A stretch of DNA of 64,000 nucleotides, taken from the NCBI GenBank assembly GCA_026395295.1, contig JAPLYZ010000007.1, forward strand, positions 370-64,369, given 5' to 3'. Below the pieces are notes generated by a model. The model was not told where the DNA came from. It worked only from the letters and a program-made list of their open reading frames with translations, and did not search any database. The number at the start of each line of letters is the position of its first letter. Positions within the stretch are counted from its first letter, which is position 1. The position numbers and the translations under genes are program-made. Below are positions 29,946 to 38,977 of the stretch, in pieces. The stretch comes from Candidatus Staskawiczbacteria bacterium (GTDB taxonomy: Bacteria; Patescibacteriota; Minisyncoccia; Minisyncoccales; Staskawiczbacteraceae).

Positions 29946-30455
29946 CTATGACTCCTGAATTATATTTCTGAGGTCTTTTAGTCCCCGGTGTAACATTACT
30001 CTCACAGTGCCCTCTGGTTTATTCAATAGTTCGGCTATACTGGCAACTGGCATATCTTCCAAATAATGCCAAATTATTATGTCCTGGTGGTCTTTGTTCT
30101 CCAATTTTTGTATAGCCTTTCTAACAATATTAATATCGGCGCTTAAAATTGCCTTATCTTGGGCAGTTGTTCCTGGGTCAACTATTTCCGGGCTGGCATC
30201 AACTGACACAAGCTTTGTCCTACCCTTGCCCCTATAGTGGTCTACAACCGCGTTCCTAGCTATTTGATATAAGAATGCCCCTGGGTTTTTTACTTCGGAA
30301 TTAGGGCTCTGAAACGCTTCCCAGCCCCTTAAAAACACCTTAGATGTTATATCTTCGGCCGTTTCTTGAGAATCTACTTTCAAATAGACAAACCTGTATA
30401 TTTTATCAATATACTGGTCGTAAATCTGGCTAAATTGTTCGCTTAAGTTATCCAT
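29946..30455 (-). CDS. ECF RNA polymerase sigma-70 factor
   Basis: AEDITSKVFLRGW, AFLYQIARNAVVDHYR, IAELLNKPEGTVRVMLHRG. Confidence 0.95.
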   Translation of the reverse strand: MDNLSEQFSQIYDQYIDKIYRFVYLKVDSQETAEDITSKVFLRGWEAFQSPNSEVKNPGAFLYQIARNAVVDHYRGKGRTKLVSVDASPEIVDPGTTAQDKAILSADINIVRKAIQKLENKDHQDIIIWHYLEDMPVASIAELLNKPEGTVRVMLHRGLKDLRNIIQES

Positions 30456-30502
30456 CTATCAAGGCTTAATAATATAACAAAAACCTCATAAAGTCAATCA
30501 TT

Positions 30503-30558
30503 TTGATAGGACAAATATCCGATCAACAAATGTCCTATCAACAAACACTTTGTCCTAC
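30503..30558. promoter_or_regulatory. Putative operator: 11-bp inverted repeat plus a third half-site upstream of the ECF sigma gene
   Basis: ttgataggaca-N17-tgtcctatcaa, then tgtcctac at 30551. Confidence 0.5.
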
Positions 30559-30562
30559 CTGT

Positions 30563-31195
30563 TTATCTTATATCGCTACGCAAGCTATAAAAAACCTGAT
30601 TAAAATCACCAGATCTCACTATTTTTCCAGTCTCTAATAACCCATCTAAATCCCTTCTTATGGTTCTTTTAGTAATATCTGGTAATATTGTTTGTAAATC
30701 CATAACTTGCGCCTTATCGTTCTTGCTTAAAAATTCGAGGATTTGCTTTTGCCGGTCGGAAGCATCAAAGTTATCAGAAGTTAATTTTTCTACGACGTTA
30801 TCTAATGTTGGTTCTCTTATTTCTTGTGTGCCTTCTTTTGGTCTCAACGCATTATCTATGCCGGGCAATTTCTGGGTTGATTCTATCACCGGCGCAAGTT
30901 CCCTTTTTATTTTTTCGTATTCGTTGGCAATAATTAAAAAATTAACCGAATTCAACCAACCCTGTGATTTCCCTATCCAAAAATAGCCTAAAAGAATCTC
31001 TATGTCTTCTAAAAGTTGAACCTTTGTCTTCTCGTTTTGAAAAGACATCCAGCCGCTGTTCTGGTTTATCAAAACCAAATGATCCATTATGGCCAAAGCT
31101 TTGTCTTTTGCTCTGTGCTTTAATGGGTCTGATTCCGGGAAAAAATCCAGCACCTTATAAACCGTATTTGTTAATTTTAAATATTTGTTTTCCAT
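30563..31195 (-). CDS. Four-helix-bundle plus DeoR-type HTH protein
   Basis: N-terminal VYKVLDFFPESDPLK; C-terminal RQKQILEFL...ITKRTIRRDLDGL. Confidence 0.7.
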   Translation of the reverse strand: MENKYLKLTNTVYKVLDFFPESDPLKHRAKDKALAIMDHLVLINQNSGWMSFQNEKTKVQLLEDIEILLGYFWIGKSQGWLNSVNFLIIANEYEKIKRELAPVIESTQKLPGIDNALRPKEGTQEIREPTLDNVVEKLTSDNFDASDRQKQILEFLSKNDKAQVMDLQTILPDITKRTIRRDLDGLLETGKIVRSGDFNQVFYSLRSDIR

Positions 31196-31262
31196 GTTCC
31201 TAAAATTTAACAGGAAAAAAACTAAAAGTCAAAATTATTGACGTTTAGTAAGTATATCACAA

Positions 31263-32357
31263 TTACTTCTGATTAGCGAACTGTCCGCATGCGGCCTGTA
31301 TGTCGTCGCCAAATCTATACCTTTGAGAAAAATTTATTTTTGCTCTTTTTAGTATATTCTTAAAACTTTCTACTCTTTTTGTGCCGGACGGTTCAAAACT
31401 TCCCGTTTTGTTATACAAAATTAAGTTAACAAAATATAATTTCTTTACCCTGAGCGGAGTCGAAGGGTTGTCCATCAATTTTGCCAGTTCTCTGGCGCAC
31501 TCGTCCGAATCATTAACATTTTTGATTAACACATACTCAAACATAACTTTCCTCCCGGTTTTTTTAATATAGACATCAACTGCTTTTAGAACAGCTTCCA
31601 ACGGATATTTTTTGCTTATGGGCATAAGCTCTGAACGCAATTTATTATTTGGCGCATGCAAAGAAATTGCTAAGTTAAGTTGCAAACCTTCTTTAGAAAA
31701 TTTTTCAATGCCCCCAATAATTCCCGATGTCGAAACAGAAATTGACCTGGCGCCTATGTTAAAGCATGCTTTGTTGTTCAAAATTCTTATTGATTTTAAA
31801 ACATTGTCATAATTCAAAAATGGCTCGCCCATTCCCATATAAGTCACGTTAGTAATTTTATTATTTTTTAGTCCTGTGGTTCGGACTACGGGACTGTTTT
31901 GCAAATAACGCTCAAAAAATAAAACCTGCTCTAAAATTTCATTTGCAGACAAATTTCTTTTAAAACCCATTTTACCCGTGGCGCAAAACAAACACCCCAA
32001 CGGACAACCAACCTGCGAAGAAACGCAAACTGTATTTCTGGCATCTTCATGCCTCATCAAAACAGTTTCAACCATTAAGCCGTCCTTCAAGGTTATTCTG
32101 GCTTTTATGCTGTTTGAGCCAATTACGCCAACTTCTGCGACCGCATAATTTGGCGTATCCATATTTTTTTTGGAAAACAAAACGTCCGCTTCAATTTCAA
32201 GCGGGCATTCTTTGTTCAGTTTATCCCTTAAATCTTTTGAAAAAAAGGTTGCTTCCGACCAATCAGAAATAAAATTTTTCAAAACCGCCTCTTTTGCTTG
32301 CTTTAGGCGGTACTTCGGCTCATTCTCCAAAACTCTTTCTAAGTTGTTTATATCCAT
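31263..32357 (-). CDS. rlmN: Dual-specificity RNA methyltransferase RlmN (radical SAM)
   Basis: CVSSQVGCPLGCLFCATG, MGMGEP, SLHA, GDDIQAACGQ; contains three palindromic insertions. Confidence 0.95.
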   Translation of the reverse strand: MDINNLERVLENEPKYRLKQAKEAVLKNFISDWSEATFFSKDLRDKLNKECPLEIEADVLFSKKNMDTPNYAVAEVGVIGSNSIKARITLKDGLMVETVLMRHEDARNTVCVSSQVGCPLGCLFCATGKMGFKRNLSANEILEQVLFFERYLQNSPVVRTTGLKNNKITNVTYMGMGEPFLNYDNVLKSIRILNNKACFNIGARSISVSTSGIIGGIEKFSKEGLQLNLAISLHAPNNKLRSELMPISKKYPLEAVLKAVDVYIKKTGRKVMFEYVLIKNVNDSDECARELAKLMDNPSTPLRVKKLYFVNLILYNKTGSFEPSGTKRVESFKNILKRAKINFSQRYRFGDDIQAACGQFANQK

Positions 32358-32439
32358 AGGTTATTTCTACTATTTTTTATGAAATTTTGCAAAAAAAAAT
32401 GGCCGAGAACTTGTCTCGACCTTGCGCCGTTGCTCAAGC

Positions 32440-33156
32440 TTAGAGCGCGCCCTTGAAGTCCGCCAACTGCTTTGCCCAAACCTTGAAAAGCGTCGGTTGA
32501 AATTGCTCTGGCAGGTAAAACTGGGTCTGTCCCTGCGCCTTGACAGAGGAACGCGGGTCAAAGGGCGACGCCGAAGAACATTCAAGCGCCAGCCAACTTA
32601 GTTTGCCGACGCTGAACTCCTCAAACAGTTGCGCCAAACTGCGCATTCCGCCCAAGCCGAGTTCCTGCCAGTAAACGGTCCCTTGACCGTCTCTCGCAAT
32701 CCTTTGGATAATTTGGTTAACTGAGGGGGCAACTTCAACAACAGCTTGGAAAACCTGGAGCTTAGAAGATATCTCCTCGGAATAAGGAGTAAATACAACA
32801 CCCCTTTCTGCCAGCTTGATGCATCCACCGACTCTTAGATTCAGAATAAATTCACGGTCTGTTTCATAACGGTGAAATTGCTGGCTGTTTTCTTTCCGCC
32901 CTTGGTGATAGAGAAGCGCTGTCGTTACGCTGTTATCTTCTTCCACGAAAGAGAATTCGCGTTTATGAAGCGCTTCCAAGAAATCTCCCTTGATTTCGTA
33001 ACCGCCGAAAGGCTTTGAGTGCCAATAGACGCCATCATTTTGCCCGACCTCAATGCCTAAATGAGTAAAAACCCTGGTAACCAAGTCCTGCTCGCTGATC
33101 AACTCTTTGTTGACCAGCTTCACCGCCTCCGCTAACTGTTCTTCATTGTATGTCAT
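32440..33156 (-). CDS. Hypothetical protein (higher GC, own promoter and SD)
   Basis: 238-aa ORF with GAGGTG SD and TTGACA-N17-TAGTAT upstream. Confidence 0.7.
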   Translation of the reverse strand: MTYNEEQLAEAVKLVNKELISEQDLVTRVFTHLGIEVGQNDGVYWHSKPFGGYEIKGDFLEALHKREFSFVEEDNSVTTALLYHQGRKENSQQFHRYETDREFILNLRVGGCIKLAERGVVFTPYSEEISSKLQVFQAVVEVAPSVNQIIQRIARDGQGTVYWQELGLGGMRSLAQLFEEFSVGKLSWLALECSSASPFDPRSSVKAQGQTQFYLPEQFQPTLFKVWAKQLADFKGAL

Positions 33157-33247
33157 AAAACACCTCTTCCATTTCTATTGTTTTTGTTGTCTCTATTTGT
33201 GAATGAGCCTAATTGCATACTAACAAGCCCAATTAAGATTGTCAAGT

Positions 33248-36200
33248 TTAATCGGCCGGAACAACTGGAATTGCGCAGTCGGTTATGCTTTTATCGGTTT
33301 CGAAAATATCTTTTATTTCGCTGTTGGAAAAAGTGTTTGAATTTAAAATTGGGGTTGGGCAGACTATTGCCGAGGTGTCGGGCTTAATCCACTCGTCCTC
33401 ATAAATTCCGTATGGCTGGTCTTGAAAACTTGAGTTGTTAATTGTCGGGCTTCCTCCTTGCACGAAAACAGCTTTGCCAGGAGTAATTCCGTATATTTGC
33501 GTTCTGTGGTCAAGAAATTTCACATTATCAACCACTGACGAAGAGTTTTGCAACCAAACGCCGTTGTTCTTGTTGTGCTGAATAATTGAATTTTTTAATA
33601 AAATTGACGACTGGTCAACTCTAATGGCAGCGCCAAAACTTCGACCATCTGCATAAAAAGCTCCGCTCAAATTCACATCAACACTCTCCAAATCCGAATC
33701 TTTGCTGGTTTCCAAAAACCACAAACCATTCCAGCCACCGGGCAAAATCCAATCTCTGTCGTAATAATATGACCGAAAAATAATAGGTTTGTCGGAAGTC
33801 CCCACTGCTTTAAGAGTTCCTCCAATCTGCAAACCATCCCAATTGTCCTGAAACGCCATTATAACCCCAGGCTTTAAGGTCAAAGTCATTCCTTCCGGAA
33901 CCACCATTATTTTATCAAAAAGATAAGGCAAATCTGGCTCTAAAATCGTATCTTTTTCCATGTCGGCCCTGACCCAAATAGCAGCGATAGTTCCCAAAGC
34001 ATCGGCGTCTCCCAAAATCTTATTACCTGAGAACGACGGTCCGTTAAAAGTATTTAAAATAACAGGGTGCCAATTATTTTCAAAATTATTATTCTGCACA
34101 TTGACATCTGCTTCGCCCGTGCCAATTGAACCCAGCTCAATAAAAACGCCGTAATTGTTGTCTTTAAAATAATTGTCTGTGATTTGGACATTTCCGCCAA
34201 TAGCATGAATCGCAACGGCGTTAAAATCGCTCCACATATCAACTCTCTGCTGGTTTAAAAATCGGCTATTAGCAATAACCGCCAAAGAATTCAGCAAATA
34301 CAACCCACGGTTCAAGTTTTTTTCAAAGATAGAATTTTTAATTGAAATTGAAGATTGCTCAACTTTCACAGCCGCGCCTTGGGGCAAATAGGCTCCGCCA
34401 TATCTGAAGACAGCGTCCTCAAATTCAGAGCCGGAACTATTATTGGTAAAATTTATCACCCTCCATTCGCCATCGCTTGGAGATGACAAACTCCCATCTC
34501 CATTAGTATCGCCACCATATTCATCATCTGAAAATGATGTAAAAACAATTTTGTCGGCATCTGTTCCTATTGCTTTTACTGTTCCTGCAACATTTAAGTT
34601 TGATCCTGTGTCAAAAAACTTTATTACAACGCCTGGCTCAATGGTCAAAGTAACCCCCTCTGAAACAGAGATATTATTCTTAAACAAATATGGACTTAAC
34701 GACTTCTTCAGTATCGTGTCTTGCGTAAAACTAAAATTATCAAAAAGATAAAACCTTGGCGTTGGAGCTTTGGGAGTCGGCGCGTTAAAAATCTGAAAAT
34801 CAACTGAGTTGTTGTTTGTGTCCTGCGGACTATCGTAATTCAAATTCCACTTTCTTTGAATGCTCTGGCCTGCCGGCGGATTCTGCGCGGTTGCCTTTTC
34901 AAAATCTTTAGCCAAACCAAAACCAACTTTATCAACAATTATTCCCTGAGGATTTTTCAAGGCCAGTGAATTGTCATTAGTAAGAGTTATGTCTGATAAA
35001 ATATCAGAATTAGCAAATTCTCTTGAAATAAGAAAATAACTATGCGCTGGTATTATTTTATCCTTAAAATTAGTTGACGAAACAAAAGCGCCCTAAGACG
35101 CGTCGTTCTGTTTTTTTCTTTGCAGATACCAGCCGGTTAGGTCTACGTCTGTGGAATTGGGATTATAAAGTTCAACAAATCTCTGCCCAATTGGATCTAT
35201 TTGCACTTCATTTATCAGAATCTTCTGAACTAAACTTATTTTTGTTGTTGTTGGTGTTGCAGGCAACCAGTCGCTTGTATTTCCTGCCGTGTCGGTTGCT
35301 TGTAGTTGAAAATTATATATCTTTCCGTCCTGACCTATAAAATTTTTGGCAAGGTTAGCGGACACCGGGTTTCCGCTAACTTCCACCAACTCGTCTGCCT
35401 GCCAAGCGCCTCCATCTTCTTGCCACCTAAATACATAACTATCAACTCCCGATGGCGAAACCGCGCCGACAACCGGGTCTGTTATTGTAAAATTAATTGA
35501 AAAATTAGTTTCTGTTTGCGCTGGCTCTAAAGAAAAGATAATCTGTGGGGCACTTGTATCTTTTGGCTCCGGCGGAACATATGTAATATTTTGCGCTTTT
35601 GGGGTTGGAATTTGCAACTCAAAGTCATTTGAATTATTATCTGTATCCTGTTCCGCTCCATCAGTTGAAGTTTTCCTGCCAATGCTCTGGCCCGACCCGG
35701 GATTTTGCACGGATAATAATTCCGGATCAGAGGCGCTCCCAAATCCTAACTTATCAGAAATTTCTCCGCTAGGATTTTTTAAGGCAAAAGAGTTATCGCT
35801 TGTAATAGGATTGTCGGTAAAAACATCCGCCAGCCCCAAAAAATATCCTGTTCGGGCAATTAAAAAATACCCATTCGCGGATATTTTTTTTCCTGAAAAT
35901 AAATTATTAGAAACGTATGTTGACCAGCTTGAGCTACTGGCTGTTTTCCTTTGCAAATACCAATTAGTCAGATCAATTTCTTGGTTATTAGGATTGTATA
36001 ATTCCACAAACTCTTCCTTTGAGTCTGACACGCCGGCTGCTCCTACTTCAGAAATTAAAATTTTAGGATAAACTGTCTCGCTCACCCCTCCGCCGCCTGT
36101 ATTGCCTGCTGAATTGTTTACAACTTGATTATCGCTTTGATTATCATCTTGATTATTCTGTAATGTCAAATTTTGTTCAAAAGTATTCGGGATATTTTGA

Positions 36201-37435
36201 TTTTGGTTTTGACTTTCAAGATTTATATCATCTGGATTTTGGTTCTGGCTATTGGAATTTCTTTGTTGTTGCAGAGTCAAAATTTCCTGTCTTATAATAT
36301 CTATTTTCTCCTGAATATCGTCTAACAAATCCTGCCTGTTTTGTTCTGTTACTAAGCTCACGTCGTACCCGCCAATTCCGCCGTCATCAGTTGTGATGCC
36401 AATAACTTCCCCTGCTGGCGGATCTTCCTCGGAAGTTTGTTGCTGAGGCTGACTATTCTCCAGACTCGTCAAGACCGGAGCCGAAACCAAAGAAGCTCCC
36501 GAAAAATCATTCCTATGAAAAATTTGAACAATATCAGAACCAACTTCCTGCCCGAAATTATAAACTCCTTTGAATAAAGAGCCAACTAAATTCATTGTCT
36601 GGGGAGAAAAACCTGTTGTGCAGTATTGGCCATAATCTTTAACATTGTCTGCCAAGTAATACCCCTCATTTGTGATCCAATAAACAATGTCTTGTTTCGG
36701 CTGAACAAAACACTCGGTTTTGTCTTTTGTTGCGGTTAATCCATTTAGCCTTTTGTTCATGTCTGTAACTATCCTGTCAGGAGCTTGGACTAAATAAACA
36801 TCGCTTAAAGAATGTCCGCCAATTAAGCTTGCGTCCTCTTCTTTTGAAAGTTTTAAGTTAATGTTTGGAGGCAAAGGTTGCCTGGCAGAACCTAAGGCGG
36901 TCAAATTCTTAACAATTGCGTTGACAACCTTATCAGTGCTGGAAGTTAAATACCCGTCGTTGCCCGCCACTCGGTCAGCAGGGGTGGCAATATTATAAAC
37001 AGCAATAGAATTTTTATCTACGCCATGGTTAACTAAATAGTCATAAGCTGCGTTTGTGTAAAAAGTCCCTTGCGAATGTCCAACCAGCAAAATTTTCTGA
37101 GTTTTCAAGTCAGTATGCGCCTGGCGCAAAATGTTTGTTAAATCATAGTCTAAATATCCGCCCATATATGCCTGAACCGACGCGTCAATCATATCAGCCA
37201 GCCCGCTAATATGCGAAGGATTATAACCAGTTGTGAACGCTACGTCTTTATCATTTCCGTAATTATCATATAAAAATTCCAGTTTTTCCGTATTTTTTTT
37301 CGCATCAGCCTCGCTGAAAGTAAGCATACCATTCACGAAAAAAACTGTTGTCCCGGATTTATTACAATCAGCAAAAACAAATATTGGCGCTCCGAGCGAC
37401 AAAAAAATAATTAAAAGAAAAATAATAAACTTCAT
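33248..37435 (-). pseudogene. Secreted alpha/beta-hydrolase + lamin-tail-domain + right-handed beta-helix protein interrupted by one in-frame TAG at 35093..35095
   Basis: ORFs 35093..37435 and 33248..34960 are in the same frame; the gap translates openly (GAFVSSTNFKDKIIPAHSYFLISR...) and aligns with the first lamin-tail repeat, where W sits at the TAG position; GHSQG motif near the N-terminus. Confidence 0.8.
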
Positions 37436-37441
37436 ATCAAT

Positions 37442-38239
37442 TTAGAATGCGATGTCGCATTTATTGCCAGATAACGACGAGTAGCTTGTCATATATTTTT
37501 TATATGCATCTGAATATGTTTTCTTCCGCAAATCTGTATTCAGAACTAGATTGGTCACCTCCTTATCTTTTTGGTCCAAAATGGTGACTGCACTCAGAGC
37601 CGCCATAGATTCACTCATAATCGAAAGACCGAAACATTGATATGCCGATCCTTCTTTTTGCATCGCTGGGACTAATGTCTCTGAGTTAGAAACCTGGGTT
37701 AATTCCAGTTGCAAGGCTTGGGCGTATTGGAGCTCGGCGGCGCGGATTTTGGCTGAATCAGGATATTTTTTGAAAATTGCCAGCTCAACGTCATCGCGAA
37801 TATAGTTTTTATTGGTATCAATGCCAGCAAGCGTTGAGTCATTAAGTTTTTGGTCGGGCGCAGGCGGTAAATTTTTGCCCATCACGTCGTCCATTGTAAT
37901 TTTTTGCGAGTTTATAAAATCAATGGCTCTTTGAGTCCTCTCTTTTTCAGCAATGTGCCACATTCCAAAAATCCAAAACGCAACATACAAAATAAAAATA
38001 ATCGCACAAAAAACAAACAAAATTTTCCAGGGCTTGGCAAACTTAGGGTGTTTTTCAATAAAATTTTTCTTAAAAAATATGGCAAAAATTGTTGGCAGGG
38101 TTATAAAAATCCAAATAAAAATCCCAATTCCTAATTGAGTTTTGTTTTGGACAAAAAATATACCTCCTGAAAGATACGCAACCAAGCCAAGAACAATAAT
38201 TCTAGCTATCAACGCCAAACTTTTTGTAAAAATATTCAT
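37442..38239 (-). CDS. Membrane-anchored hypothetical protein with PAPD...TLAGIDxNxNxIRDDVE motif
   Basis: Three N-terminal TMs; ends 6 nt before the hydrolase gene start. Confidence 0.7.
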   Translation of the reverse strand: MNIFTKSLALIARIIVLGLVAYLSGGIFFVQNKTQLGIGIFIWIFITLPTIFAIFFKKNFIEKHPKFAKPWKILFVFCAIIFILYVAFWIFGMWHIAEKERTQRAIDFINSQKITMDDVMGKNLPPAPDQKLNDSTLAGIDTNKNYIRDDVELAIFKKYPDSAKIRAAELQYAQALQLELTQVSNSETLVPAMQKEGSAYQCFGLSIMSESMAALSAVTILDQKDKEVTNLVLNTDLRKKTYSDAYKKYMTSYSSLSGNKCDIAF

Positions 38240-38390
38240 GAAATAAAACTACTGGCCCTGTCGGGGCATTAATTTTGATTGCAATAGTTCTATAATTATA
38301 CAATTTTGTAAAAATACGTGTCAAATGCCACCTGATTTTATTTGGATAAAAAAAGCTCGCGGTGTGTTATCGCGAGCGCTAACTGTGACC

Positions 38391-38888
38391 CTAAGCCACA
38401 GGTGAATCTACCGAGAACCAACCTCGAGTCTGTTCCGAAAGGATGTCGTAAATATGCTTGTTCCTGCTGATTGAGGCGATCTCAATCACCTTGAAACGGT
38501 CAATGAGACCAGCTTGAGAGGCAACGAACGTCATCAACGCTTCGTCGTCCAGCTCTGGTAGTCCGGAAAAAGAGAATATAAGAGACCCCGCCCTTACAGC
38601 TCCGGCCCACTTGTTTTCTCCTGGGTTTCTGGTCTGCCAGCTCGTGTCATGAGCAGAATTGACAAAAAGCCTCACTGCTTTCTCTTGCGAAAAAGTCCGA
38701 TACTTTTCCGCCTTTTCCGGCGGACAAACACCGATTTCGCAAATCAACTTTATTCGGCCGAGTGCAGCGGTGTCCATTACGGTGAAATAGCCGTAATTCC
38801 TATCAAGCTTGCACTTCTCGACAAGCGAAGCCATTCCAAGTTCCACCAACTCAATTAGCGCAGTTGGGGTCAAATGTCCAATCATCAT
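38391..38888 (-). CDS. Hypothetical protein, weakly GlcG/HbpS (heme-binding)-like
   Basis: WAGAVRAGSLIFSFSGLPELDDE resembles the GlcG C-terminus; GGAGG SD; TTGACA-N17-TAAGAT promoter. Confidence 0.55.
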   Translation of the reverse strand: MMIGHLTPTALIELVELGMASLVEKCKLDRNYGYFTVMDTAALGRIKLICEIGVCPPEKAEKYRTFSQEKAVRLFVNSAHDTSWQTRNPGENKWAGAVRAGSLIFSFSGLPELDDEALMTFVASQAGLIDRFKVIEIASISRNKHIYDILSEQTRGWFSVDSPVA

Positions 38889-38977
38889 AAATAGTCCTCC
38901 AATTATTTTGTCAGTTTTGTCAGTTGTTAACGAACCGCTTATATCTTAAACCTATTATCAAATTTTGTCAAATCTAA

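Noticed and set aside
35093..35095. Genome-wide TAG recoding or alternative genetic code
   Set aside because: TAG properly ends the S-layer-like gene and clpB, TGA ends others (e.g. 408..1610), and only one internal stop was seen
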